This document shows, piece after piece, positions 22,949 through 35,984 of a stretch of 64,000 nt of DNA. Each line of letters begins with the position of its first letter. The first letter of the stretch is position 1. This DNA comes from Octopus vulgaris. Taxonomy: Eukaryota. Location of the stretch: contig OX597829.1 in NCBI GenBank assembly GCA_951406725.2, forward strand, positions 5,704,001 to 5,768,000, written 5' to 3'. The position numbers and the translations under genes are program-made. A model generated the notes under the pieces. It was not told the DNA's origin. It did no database searches and was given only the letters and a program-made list of their open reading frames with translations.

Positions 22949-24349
22949 TGCCCAATTTTCAAGAAAGGGAGCCGCGAAGACCCGCTTAACTACCGACCGG
23001 TTTCCCTTATTTCAATAATCAGCAAGATGTTCGAAACCATCCTTAAGAAAAGTATGATGCTCCACCTCCAAAACACAGCCTCTATCTCTGATTCCCAACA
23101 CGGCTTCGTGCCGAGAAGATCATGCTTGATCAACTTACTGGTAATGGAAGAATTGGTGACGCGCATCCTAGATGATAGTGATGCTGTTGACATCGTTTTA
23201 TTGGACTTTGCCGAAGCTTTTGACTCGGTAAACCACCGCCTATTACTTGTCAAGCTTCAAATATATAGTTTCCATCCGGATATTGTACGATGGGTTGGTG
23301 CCTTCCTCTCAGATCACTCTTTCCAAGTCCAAGTTAATGGTTCGCTGTCCGACGTCTCCAGTGCGAGCAGTGGCGTGCCTCAAGGTTCAGTGCTTGGGTC
23401 CTTATTGTTCTTAGTCTTCATAAATGACTTGCCCGACGACCTCACGCAACGCACCCTTCTAATTGCCGATGATGTCAAACTGGTCGCTCCTCGCGGTGAT
23501 ATAGAGGATCTTCGTCGATGCTTCCACCAAATTTGGAGATGGTCTAACGAATAGGACCTGTGTCTGAACGTGTCAAAGTGCTGTCATCTGCCTGTTGGCT
23601 CTTCTCCTGCAACTCAAATTGATTTCGAGCCGAGTCGTCTGCTGCTGGTGAGGACCGACCAGGTAAAGGACCTGGGTATCTTGGTGGATTCTTCCTTTTC
23701 GCCTTCGGCCCAGTGCGTCCATGCTGCCAACAAAGCACGCGGAGTTCTGTTCTTGATTCGACGGTCATTCGGAATGCTCACAGCAGCCATATTCCTACCA
23801 CTCTATGTCACGCTGGTGAGACCCATATTGGAGTACGGGATTCAAGCCTCTTCTCCTTATCTCCTCAAAGACATACAGCATCTCGAAAGAGTCCAGAAGC
23901 TAGCTACCTGCATGGTTCTTTGTCTCAAGCATTTGTCTTATGAAGAAAGGCTAAAGACGCTCGACCATTATTCTCTAGAAAAACGACGACGCCGTGGTGA
24001 TCTCATTCTTGCTCACAACATCATAAGCGGAAAGTGTAACCTCTCGAAAGAGCTGTTCTTCACTCCTGCTCCAGAGCGTCGGCTGCGGGGTCACTCCGAA
24101 AAGCTCTATCTGCGACGATTTCATCTCAATCGAAGGAGAGGAGCTTTCTCCATCCGGGTTGCGGATCCGTGGAATAAGCTGCCGGACGAGATAGTGAAGA
24201 TGCCGACGACCGCTCGGTTTAAAGTCTCCCTTGACCACAAGTGGCCTCAACTCTTTACATGAACACCATCCTGTACATAACTCCATGTCCCCCTACATGG
24301 CCTTGCTTTTCGCTTTTTGAGCCAAAAAATTAACTAACTAACTAACTAA
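22949..24349 (+). mobile_element. 5'-truncated CR1-clade LINE (RT domain to 3' end)
   Basis: CPIFKKG..NYRPVSL, QHGFVPRRSC, LDFAEAFDSVNH, SGVPQGSVLG, IADDVKL, LVRPILEY and LERVQK, all in one frame with a single internal TAG (23552-23554). Stop at 24262, (TAAC)n tail. Confidence 0.95.
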
Positions 24350-24470
24350 ATATGTATATATATATATATATATATACGTTCAGCAAAATTTAGATTCAAA
24401 TGAATATGGTACTTAAATTAGAAGCACCAGAATATTATATGGTGTTATCTATATAAATCCATGGGGTGAT

Positions 24471-24537
24471 TATAATCAAAATAAGCAACAAGAATATCTT
24501 CGGTAATTCCAAATTACCGAAAATGTTCTGTTGCTTA

Positions 24538-24548
<11 letters not shown>
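24471..24548. repeat. Near-perfect hairpin (~38-bp arms, ~3-nt loop)
   Basis: TATAATCAAAATAAGCAACAAGAATATCTTCGGTAATT / AATTACCGAAAATGTTCTGTTGCTTATTTTAATTATA. Confidence 0.85.
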
Positions 24549-24609
<61 letters not shown>

Positions 24610-24775
24610 CGTGAAGTATATTTGCCATTTAAATATGGCTAACCCCTAAGGGTGGATGCTACTGTAGCTTGTAGACCCAGGAGGACACCTCCTCCAGCTG
24701 GCTATTGACACACTTTCTGTGCACTATCAGTATTTGTAAAGGGAAACCATCCATACCCGTCTTCAACCTATGATA

Positions 24776-24820
24776 CACACGGACTCGAGTTTCTGAGTAT
24801 TGACTCGTCATCAGCGTGTG
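24776..24820 (-). ncRNA. Minimal type I hammerhead ribozyme motif, intact core
   Basis: CACACG-CTGATGA-CGAGT CAAT ACTCA-GAAAC-TCGA-GTC-CGTGTG: perfect 6-bp stem I, palindromic ACTCGAGT stem III, GUC site. The first stem II pair is a C/A mismatch. Lies between inverted arms 24731-24748 and 24847-24863. Confidence 0.75.
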
Positions 24821-24872
24821 ACAATCACAGTTGTCGATGAAAAGTAGGTTCCCTTTGCAAATATATATCCTA

Positions 24873-25590
24873 TAAATGTTAAAGATAGTTTTCAGAAGGA
24901 ATTATTAAAAAGTTCAGTGGAATATTGGTATTGTATCTGTATATCATGTTATCATAAAAGAGTCTTTTACGATAACATGGTGGACCAGGTCAGTTTAAGC
25001 AACCCTATTACTATAATGTAAACTTTTTTGAACTTATAATATTCTGTGTGTGTATATATATACAGATACAATACCAATATTCCACTGAACGTTTTAATAA
25101 TTCCTTCTGGAAACTATCTTTAACATTTACTTGAGAATGTATATATATGTTGTAATCTTTTGTTCCCAATATTTTAATGAACTTGTCAAGCTTTTTTATA
25201 TTTTCCCAAGATTTTCCCTTGTAAGCTGTTCTTAACATGTTCTTATTATCAAGGAATGTATATATATATATTGTAATATTTTGTGACAACCAGTACCTGG
25301 CACAACCAAGCTTTTGTGTCCAATATTTTGATGAACTTGTTAAACTTTTTTATATTTTCCCAAGATTTTCCCTTGTAAATGTTCTTGTTACCAAAGAATG
25401 TATATATGTATTGTAGTATTTTGTGACAACCAATAATTAACACAACCAAACTTTTACATGTTACTTTTGACAATCTTTTTCTAAAAAGTGAAACCGTCAA
25501 AGTAAATAAATATCTTTTAAAATTGCATTTTCAAACCTTCTTTCATATATAATTCCACTCGCGCGGTACCTTACAACTCCACTTTGTTAT
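24873..25590. repeat. Foldback (70-bp arms 24873-24943 / 25059-25129) plus ~150-bp tandem duplication and a degenerate hammerhead at 25461-25505
   Basis: Arm complementarity is directly visible. AATATTTT(A/G)ATGAACTTGT...CCCAAGATTTTCCCTTGTAA occurs twice. TTACTTT-TGACAA..GAAACCGTC-AAAGTAA. Confidence 0.7.
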
Positions 25591-25600
25591 ATATATATAT

Positions 25601-25809
25601 AGGAAAGTGAGTGTTATGGCCGCCAGGGAGTGACTATTGGTTTCGTACCAATAACGCGCTCAGCTATAAAGGTGACTCGTCAAACTCAAATGGCCGTAGG
25701 TTATGTGTCTAAGGTCATTTGTGTTTGACGAGTCGCTTATACAGCTAAACATTTTATATGTGCGAATCCAATGGTCCCTCTCTGACCGGCAATAACAATC
25801 ATCTTTCTA
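25601..25809. mobile_element. ~210-bp foldback with a hammerhead-like motif in each arm
   Basis: The whole element is an imperfect palindrome. Minus strand 25687-25628 reads GAGT-TTGACGA-GT...AC-GAAAC-CAATA-GTC-ACTC. TA runs on both sides. Confidence 0.75.
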
Positions 25810-26672
25810 AATATATATATATTTTATATGTATGTGTGTTTGTGAGTGTGCATGTGCTTGTATGTATGTGCGCGTGTGTGTTTATGTGTGTATATTTGTG
25901 TGTGGGAGAGTGCGTGTGTGTGTATTTGTGCATGTGTATACGTGCTCGGGTAAGGTGCAAATACATCGAAGAATCGCACTTTGTTCCGGTCCTCATCTCA
26001 TTTGTATTTCCCTCATTTATTTACGCAATCTCTTCCTTGACACGAGACTGATAAATCGCAACTAAATTTTTCCCTTACAAAAATTGGAATCGGCAACGCA
26101 GCAACCAAATTCTTCGTTGAATTAACAATGCTGATCATTCTCGGAGTGATGACATATCTAGTTTACAACTGTGTCATATTATTCTAATTAAGAATTTACG
26201 TATCTTCATCCTGTTAATATTATTTTGCTGAGTCGCAAATTCAGATTTGACTGGATCTGAGCTTCAATTCAAAATCTCCTGTCACTTATACTTCACATTC
26301 ATTTAAATCCATTATGTATGAAAAACGATTTACTTTGTTCTTCATTTAAGTTTTCTTTATATAATAATTTTAATTAGTTTTGTACATTCCGTAATAAAGC
26401 TGGCATTTGCTCTCTTGGTATTTCTGACTAATCTAGTGTTTCTGTTGTACGTAGTTCTGAATTTACGAACGTCTGGTATGAAAGATTTTAAGTTGGCTCA
26501 GACGGAGCAAAGACTCAGTATTGACGCGTATGGGTGATAAAGTGTAGACACCTACTAAGAAAGGTACAATCAGCGTCCTAGAAAAGTAGATATCTAAGGA
26601 TGGTGAAAACTACATGTGTTCACCACCCCGAAATTTTACTGTGAACTCTATGGAAGAAGTGCGATGCTATAT

Positions 26673-26726
<54 letters not shown>

Positions 26727-26770
26727 TCACCATTTAGATTAGTTGAAATATGTTTGTCACATATTTCATA

Positions 26771-27760
26771 CAGGTGTTGGACAAAACAATGGTAACACCT
26801 CAAAATTTCAAACAAATTTATTTTAATATGGGGTAGGACCACCTTTGGTAGTAATTACAGCTTGAATTCTACGAGGTATAGACTCGTACAAAGTTTGAAT
26901 TGTTTCTAAAGGAATTTTTGTCCATTCTTCTGCTAAAACAGTCTCCAGTTCTTGTAATGATGATAGTGGAGGATATTGACTCCTTACTTGTTTTTCTAAA
27001 ATGCACCATAAATGTTCAATAATATTGAGGTCTGGGGACTGTGGTGGCCAGATAATTTGCTCAACTTCACTAGAATGTTCCTTGTATAGCTGTGTGAATT
27101 GGTGCATTATCATCCTGAAAGATTGCGTTTCTCTCCGGAAACAGCTCCGCAACCATAGGTTGCATTTGATCAGATAAAATGCTTAAATAATCATGACTGT
27201 TAATTCTGCCATGAAGGGAAACCCCCTTGTCCGGTGGATTTCTAAGATATAGCCCCCTGAGATCATCAGAGATCCTCCTCTACGTTTAACAGTTAGAAGA
27301 AGGCAGTCTAGGTCAATTGCTTCTTTTGGCTGTCTCCACACGTATACTCGGCCGCTGGTCTGAAATAACATAAAGGATGACTCGTCCAAGAAAATAACAT
27401 TCTTCCACTGCTCTAGGGCCTAATTCTGTAGGTTTTTTTTCTCCACTCTAAACAGTGGTTTTCTGATTGCAGCTCTCCCGTGAAATCCGGGTTTGTGCAG
27501 CTCCCGGTGAACAATTTTGTGAAAACTGGGTTCTCGAGGTGGTCATTAAGCTATGCAGTAATTTTAGGAGCTATATTTTTATGATTCTTTGTAATAATTG
27601 GCGTAAGAGTCCGACGGTCCCTGTCTGAAAGTTTTGGTTTACTTCCGGAGTTTTGCTTCGACGAGAAGGTTTTTCCCTCTTCCTCAAAGGCTGTCATTAC
27701 TTTCGAGACAGTACTTCTTAATGCATCAAACATTTCGACTGTTTTCGTTACGCCAGCGTA
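26771..27760 (-). mobile_element. Tc1-family (DD34E-like) transposon relic with one TIR
   Basis: TA|CAGGTGTTGGACAAAA terminus. Minus-strand RSTVSKVM, LSDRDRRTL, DESSF, VYVWRQPKEA, WPPQSPDLNIIEHLW and SIPRRIQAVITTKGGPTPY across frameshifts. Confidence 0.9.
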
Positions 27761-28049
27761 AACTATTCCTTATATCCAGCTCTGGGTAGCGTACGATGCA
27801 ATATACAACATGCGACTTAAATATCCTTTCATTAAATAATAGACGTAATATCCTATATGATACACTATTTATTATTCTATTATTAGTAGGGTCCGGATGA
27901 TTGGAGTATTTACTTACATTTTAAGCTTTCGTTAAGTCTATGATATGTTTTCTATATTCATTCTTTTTTTTCTCGAACGGCTAAACTGTACTTGTGGTTA
28001 ACAGTTTAGCCCTGTTTGTTTTAATATTTTGTTTTATTGTACTAAGTTA

Positions 28050-28150
28050 GCGAAAGCGTTTGGCCTAGTTGCACTCACACACCAGATCATGAGTTCGATT
28101 CCTGGAGAGGGTAGCACATTCTTAAGGAAAAATATTTCCTTTCACGTCGA
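28050..28150 (+). mobile_element. Degenerate SINE head
   Basis: TGGCCTAGTTG (A-box-like), GAGTTCGATTCC (B box) and TTCTTAAGGAAAAATATTTCCTTTCACGT. Confidence 0.5.
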
Positions 28151-28389
28151 AGAATAGACCAAACATAGCTGCTACGTGTTGTAAAAAGCGACTAAAAGTG
28201 ATTGAAGTAGGTTTTGCACTACGATCACATAACCCCCCCACCCCCACCCCAGCAGCAACGACTACCCTAGCAGACCTATGAGTTGGAGGATTATCGCCTG
28301 AGTGGTACAAAGGTGTCCTTCACCAGGTGTTATAGGGAATCACCAAAACATGGTGGATGCAGTGACGCGCGGTTACGGACCATGATCCA

Positions 28390-28490
<101 letters not shown>

Positions 28491-29152
28491 TGTTACGTAA
28501 TTCAATTTAGAAAACAACTTGATCTTGTAACTGAGGAATCTTCATTGGCGAGTGTTGCTGAAATACTGTGAATGTAATGCAATAAATTTAATGACGATGA
28601 AACAATTGTAGTATTATGCAATAAAGTGTATTTGCTCAACCCAATCTCTCTGGTTTACACTAATATGCGTGTGTGTGTGTGTGTGTGTGTGTGTTTGTGT
28701 GCGTGTGAATGAGCCTGCGTATGTATCCATGTGCATGTGTTTGTGCACACATACACGAGCGTTCACGGAAACCCATATTAATAATCTACTTTTGAACTGG
28801 ACGAAAGATTTAAATAAGACATTACTTTGTTATTGTTTTTGAACAACGTATATTGCCTAAACATTTATTTTCGAAAACACTAGTTTAATCCGAAAGAAAG
28901 AAGAAAATATTGCACATCTGGCAACAGCTTGCCTGCAGGGTTCAAGTTGTTTAAGTGTCTTGCCGAAGGTTTTGAAGATAGAATTTGCCTGAGGAAACAC
29001 ATGTTCCCTGCCGAAGCGTGACGTATTGTTTTATACGCTCGGACTCTCGCAACTCTTTCGCTCTTTCTTGCTCTCTCTCTCTCTCTTCTCTCTCTTTCTC
29101 TCATTCTCTGCCTCTTTCTCTCTCTCTGCCTCTTTCTCTCTCTCTTTCTTGC

Positions 29153-29184
<32 letters not shown>

Positions 29185-29541
29185 CTTCTCTCTCCCTGAG
29201 CGTCTCTGCAGGAACCTAGTTTGTTTCCTACAAAGAAAATTAGTCAGACACATTCACAATAACACCGACATACACACACACACACACGCGTGCACACAGG
29301 CGCACGCGCTCACGCACGCACGCACATGCGTGCACACACGCACATGCGAGCACACACGCACATGCGTGCACACACGCACGCATAAACAGATTCACATATG
29401 TGTATTTTTCGCTAGTGTTGCCCACATGCATCCCGGTGAGTAAGTGTCTAACTCTCCTTTTCCCTCTCTTTCTCTCTTTCTCTCACTCTCTCTCACTCAC
29501 TCACTCCCTCGCAAATTATGTTTATACATGTGTATGTCTGC

Positions 29542-29577
<36 letters not shown>

Positions 29578-29578
<1 letters not shown>

Positions 29579-29827
29579 GAGGCGCAACGGCCTAGTGGTT
29601 AGGGCAGCGGACTCGCGGTCGCAGGATTCGGTTTCGATTCCCAAACCGGGCGTTGTGTGTGTTTATTGAGCGAAAACACCTAAAAGCTCCACGAGGCTCC
29701 GGCAGGGGGTGGTGATCGCTGCTGTACTCTTTCACCACTCTAAAACAGGCTAAAACAATGCGAACGCATTGTGACCAGCGATGTGTAACAACATCTGATG
29801 GTGTGGTCGGTCACGTGATCACGTGAT
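29578..29827 (+). mobile_element. tRNA(Arg)-like SINE
   Basis: GGAGGCGCAACGGCCTAGTGGTTAGGGCAGCGGACTCGCGGTCGCAGG...GGTTTCGATTCCC head (TCG anticodon-like loop), non-tRNA body and GTCACGTGATCACGTGA tail. Confidence 0.85.
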
Positions 29828-29906
29828 ATATATATATATATGAATATATATGTAAATATGTATATATATATGTGTGTATGTATATATGTATATATGAATA
29901 TATCTA

Positions 29907-30070
<164 letters not shown>

Positions 30071-30269
30071 CATATATATCCCTTTACGCTTAATAAGATA
30101 TATATTATATATGCACCAATGTGCATATAAACAGCAAAGACAAATCAGTGGCGGTGCAAGGAAATGATAAAAATGTCGATGAAAATGAAAGGAAAGGAGA
30201 TGAGTAGAAAAAAGAGAAATAAAGAAAGAAGCAAGAAAGAAAGAAGGGAAGAAAAAAAGAAAAAAGAAA

Positions 30270-30342
<73 letters not shown>

Positions 30343-30856
30343 AGGTTTGGGAAAAGCGAGATAGCATTTTTCATTTCGGTGAGGATGGCGGGCGATGTGT
30401 GGGGCAAAAAAGTAAGGGAGTTGCAAGTAAAACAAAAGTAATGTTGAAAAGAAACAGGAAATTATTTAAATGAATGAAGGGACAAGTGCGGACATTAGCA
30501 AAAGAACAAAAAAAGATGAACGTCTAAAGAGAAATAATTATAACGAAATAGATAGAGGAAAAAGTTCGGAAAGAAAAAGCGTAGGAGATATAGAGTGATC
30601 GAAGCGGGTATAGGTGTACATGTCTACATTGGAAAAAGGGGGCGGACAGGTGAGAAGAAAGGAAGGAGAAGAAGAAGGAAAGAACGAATGAAAGAAAGTA
30701 GGAAGGAAAAAGAAAGGAAGAAATTTGAAGCTCAAAGAGATATACACATTGAGTGAAAGAGGTTCAAAGAGAGAGAGAGAGAGAGGGGGGGAGAGAGAGA
30801 GAGAGAAAGAAAGAGGAAAAGAGAGCTGTGCAGAGAATGAAAGTGACACACACATA

Positions 30857-30985
<129 letters not shown>

Positions 30986-31833
30986 GTACATATATAAATA
31001 TGAGATAGATAGACATAGGAAAGGGAGGGGGAAATGGGAGAGAAGCGATGGAAAGGAAGAGGGCGAATCAGAGAGAGGGAAGGAAAGTGATAGAAAGAAA
31101 GTAGACACGGACAACGGATGGAGAGGAAGGTGATAGACGGATAGAGAGGAAGCAAGAGAGAGAGAGGGAGAGAGAAAATGATGGACAGTTGAATAGTTTT
31201 GACGGTTAAAACGTAACTTTTTGCTTCCTCAGGATGTTGATTATCCCGAAATGGATTTCTGATGCACGTGTATGCTTGTGTAAACGTGTGTATGCAGAAC
31301 CAAGTTTATATATGTGTATATGTACGTTCATGTATGTATGTGTTTAAGTGCGTGTGTCAATGGATGTGTGGATTTGTGCGTTTATAAACACACACGCACA
31401 CACACACACACACGTTTTAATGCACTTATATTCACACACATTTATGTGCATGTCACTGAGTGTGCGTAGATATAGCTGTATGCGTGTGTTTGTGTATGTG
31501 TGTCTGGATGTGTGCGTAGATGTGTCTGTATGAGTGTGTGCATCTGTCTATGTACGTAGGCGCTTGCTTGCGGTGGCGTTCAGTACGGCCTCTCCCAACA
31601 CAGGTTTCACCAGCCTTGTCCATTTGCTGATAAAGAACGGAACGAAGCGTGTTGTTGCCGCAGCCTGGTGACATCCGCCTGATGTTTGCGGCATATGATG
31701 GCGACTTTATCGGCCAAGACAAGCGGTCAGAAGCCAAGGAAAGGAAGAAAGACAGGAGAGCTGTAAAAAAAACAGTAGAAAATTTGATACAAGCGACATA
31801 AACAAAGTCAGACACACGCACATACATATGCAT

Positions 31834-31891
<58 letters not shown>

Positions 31892-32104
31892 ACACACCAT
31901 CCCCAATATATGTAATTAAACAGTTCGTGATTCATTATTGTTTTATTTAAAGTTTCACACACATATAAAGTACATCGGCAACTTCTCACAGATACACGCT
32001 CGTACGTTATTTATGAGTGTGTGATAAATTGGCAGTGAATGGTTGAAGGTTTGCATCGCAGTCTTGAGATCTCGAATTCGATCCCACAGCGTGGCCTTTT
32101 CTTT

Positions 32105-33041
32105 GTATGTATGTATGTATGCATGTATGTATGTATGTATGTATGTATGTATGTATGTATGTATGTATGTATGTATGTATGTATGTATGTGTTTATGTAT
32201 GTACGTATGTACGTATGTATGTATGTATCTATGAATGTATGTATGTATGTATGTGTGTATGTATGTATGTATGTATGTATGTATGTATGTATGTATGTAT
32301 GTATGTATGCATGTATGTACGTATGTATGTGTGTGTATATATGTATGTATGTATGTATGCATGTATGTACGTATGTATGTATCTATGTATGCATGTATGT
32401 ATGTATGTATGTGTGTATGTATGCATGTATGTATGTATGTATGTATGTATGTATGTATGTATGTATGTATGTATGTATGTATGTATGTATCTATGAATGT
32501 ATGTATGTGTGTATGCATGTATGTATGTATGTATGTGTATGTATGTATGTATGTATCTATGAATGTATGTATGTGTGTATGTATGTATGTATGTATGTGT
32601 ATGTATGTATGTATGTATGTATGTATGCGTATGTATGCATGTATGTGTGTATGTATGTATGTATGTATGTATGTATGCATGCATGCATGTATGTATGTAT
32701 GTATGTATGTATGTATGTATGCATCCATGCATGTATGTATGTATGTATGTATGTATGTATGTATGTATGCATGTATGTATGTATGTACGTATGTATGTGT
32801 ATGTATGTATGTGTGTGTGTATGTATGTATGCGTATATATATGTATATATGTATGTATGCATGTATGTATGTATGTATGTATGTATGTACGTATGTATGT
32901 ATGTATGTATGTATGTGTGTATGTATGTATGTATGTATGCAGACCCCCCACACATACACACACATACGTACATACATACATACCTACGTACATACATACA
33001 TACATGCATACATACATACATACATACATACATACATACAT
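32105..33041. repeat. ~835-bp (TATG)n tract followed by an inverted (CATA)n tract
   Basis: Direct inspection. Strand switch at ~32940. Confidence 0.95.
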
Positions 33042-33468
33042 GATGGCTGTCCACTTACGACCGAGGAAGAACATCACTGACCAATGGTCACGTAAAATGC
33101 CGGTAATGTCCGTGCATGATGTTACTGTACCAGCAGTCAACTTTACCCGGATTCACGACTGTGGGCTTCAGGCTCGCTGCGGCGCCTTGCTATTCAACCG
33201 GGCATCGGACACGTGATCGCCGACGATTGCACGGCCTAATAGTCAAAAATATTAGGACCAAATAGGCTTGCACAGTTCATCACAGTGCCAATATGGGTTG
33301 CAGGTTCAGGAATGTTTGAGTGCCATAATGTCAAACGTAAGCAAAGGATCCTGGAAATATTCAACACCATTCCTGCATATCCGGTTTTATATCAGACTGT
33401 CCTTCTCCAAGACACAAACTTTAGCACGGTCTTTCAGCACAGGGCACACCAACCTAGAATTTCTGCAA

Positions 33469-33533
<65 letters not shown>

Positions 33534-33828
33534 CATGCGTACATACAAACATGCATACATACTTATGTCAATTATGGTGAATTAATGCGGGGCTTGAGGC
33601 TCTTATACCCTAACTATAAATTCTCATTTGTACCTTTCATCATAGTTGCATTAGGCTATTAATTTACATTAATTAGGCTATTAATTGCATTAGGCTATTA
33701 ATTATAATCTACAAATTTACTAAAAAAATTAGAAATACTAGGTTTTTCGAAGAAAGAGCAAAAGAAACTGACGCAGATTATACAAATCCTATCTATTAGC
33801 TAAAATGTTTAAGAATCAATCAATCTAT

Positions 33829-33934
<106 letters not shown>

Positions 33935-35897
33935 GAAACTGGTCGACAAGGCGCAAACGTGCGCCATGCCGGGCCGGATCATCCATGACAACCTCCACCT
34001 GATGCGTTAAATCATAGACAGGGTAGTTGTACAGAGGCATCCGTTCGGTAATTTGCGTAAATGGACATTTATCGAGACCTTTCGACATTGCACGTTCGGT
34101 CCGTCAGGGATGTCCCCTCTCGTCGCTTCTGTACGTATTGACTCTCGAGCCACTACTGCGGAAGCTGGCAACTCTGAGGGGCATCCCGCGAGAATTGGGA
34201 TGCGGGACGAGCGAGTCTGCATACGCGGACGACGTCACCGTCATAGTGTCTAGCCACGAGCACATCGAGCTAGTCGGCGAGACATTGCAAGACTACGAAG
34301 CGGTGATGGGAGCAAAAATCAACCGAGAAAGTCGGTGGGCTTGCGGCTGGGCACCTGGAGAAGCAAGCCCATGCCGTCCACCAGCGCCTCAGTAGTGGGA
34401 CGCTGGACAGACGGGCCGATCAAATTGCTCGGAGTCTGGTTCGGTCCAGACCTGCAAACGGAGAACTGGGACGAGATAACGAGTAAGGTGGCCACTCTCT
34501 GCAGGCAATGGGCCGAAAGGAAGCTGTCCCTAAAAGGTCGGGTGGAGATGGCGAACGCGTACATCGCATCCGTCATCAACTGCCGCCTGACCGTCGTGCC
34601 TTGTCCCGACCCCACCGTCACCAAGCTGGAGCGTATCCTCTTCCGCTTCTTGTGGAAAGGAAACGTTCCGATGGTCAGGCGATCCGTTTGTTGTCAACAC
34701 TCGCTGATAGGAGGGCTGGGCATGCCGTGGTTGATGATGCGCAGACACGCGCTGAGACTACGACATCTCCAGCTCTACGTAGACGACGGTGAACAGGTGT
34801 GGTCGCCGTTTGTGCGGAGCGTTTTCCCGCAACTCGTGTCCATGACCGAGCTGCAATCGTGGATCAAAAAGAGGCCGAGGAAGGGCGAGTGGCACCGCGA
34901 GTGCCGCGTTGCTCTCCAGCAACTCTGCCGTCCTGGGTCGAACTTGAGCGACTGCATCACCACGAAAGCATTTTATAGGGGATTAGTGGAGGGGAGGTAC
35001 GACGACGATCTCGGGGTGAAACTGAGCGTCGACGAGGAATACCTGATCCGCCTGTTCAGGACGACTTTCGGGCCAGGGCCCATGGACAACTTCCAGAGAT
35101 CCCTGGCCTGGCAGTGCTACCGAGAAGCGCTACCCGTTCGGGATAAGCTCTATAGACATGGTTCGAGAAACACGGGGCCGACCTGCTCGAGATGCGGTCA
35201 GAGCGACGAAACCATTCTGCACGCAATCGTGCAGTGTCCAACAATCTCCGACCTGTGGGCTTAATTGGAACGACTGCTGTCACGTGTGGGACTAGTCGGT
35301 TTATCAGCCGAGTCTATCGTCAATATCGTCACGCCTCCTTCCTTCAAACGGGAAGGAAGAGCTATTTTTATCATACTTGTAGCTATGGCAAAAGAACGTA
35401 TCTGGTGGACGCGTCTGAAAGGATTAGAGACAAACACTTTCCTCTCTGGTCAATCTCTCATCAACTTTTTCAAGTATCACTTGAAAAGGAAGGTGAGAGT
35501 AGAGAGGGAAGTTTTGTCTAGCGACTGTTTCAAAAAAAGATGGGTAAATGTAGCAAGGATGGCACGTATGAATGACGAAGCCACCTTGAACATGATCCTA
35601 TGAACCGTAAAAATTTAATACTGAGAGTTACTTATTTGTAAATAAATATTAATATGTGACGTAATTGCCTGAGGTTACTGTGGTCTTTTCGTAGGTTTTT
35701 CTTTCCACTGATAAACCTCCCCATTTCTTGGGAACTTTTTGTACTATTTCGACATTTTTTGCATATATCACCAACGATTTCGATCCACTTTGATCGTTCT
35801 CCCAATTTTTTACTTTGTTTTCGCCCCCCTCGAAAAGAAAAACTCTACATTGTAATTGTCCCCTCTGTGTTTAGCCCTGTGTAGCCAAGAAAGAAAT

Positions 35898-35898
<1 letters not shown>
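33935..35898 (+). mobile_element. 5'-truncated L1/Tx1-clade LINE (RT, C-terminal CCHC finger, 3' UTR) inside (TATC)n
   Basis: AQTCAMPGRIIHDNLHLMR, SVRQGCPLS, AYADDVTV, GAKINRE, LSLKGRV, GGLGMP and CSRCGQSDETILHAIVQC. One internal deletion, one frameshift and stops. (TATC)n at 33830-33934 and 35899-35984. Confidence 0.95.

Positions 35899-35984
<86 letters not shown>

Noticed and set aside
27979-28011. Perfect 11-bp stem GGCTAAACTGT/ACAGTTTAGCC
   Set aside because: Isolated short hairpin with no supporting context. Intrinsic terminators are not expected in this eukaryotic DNA.
29578-29650. tRNA-like sequence with A and B boxes (also 52880-52955)
   Set aside because: No proper acceptor stem or Pol III terminator, and it continues into a SINE body and tail. 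These are SINE heads, not tRNA genes.
31955-33216. Long ORFs (up to 340 aa) of MYVC/HTYI repeats
   Set aside because: Translations of the (TATG)n/(CATA)n microsatellite, which lacks stops in several frames. No coding signal.
33268-33662. Plus-strand ORFs of 105-125 aa in a unique island
   Set aside because: No recognisable domain, and they run through a (CA)n repeat. Kept only as a possible non-coding exon or regulatory island.
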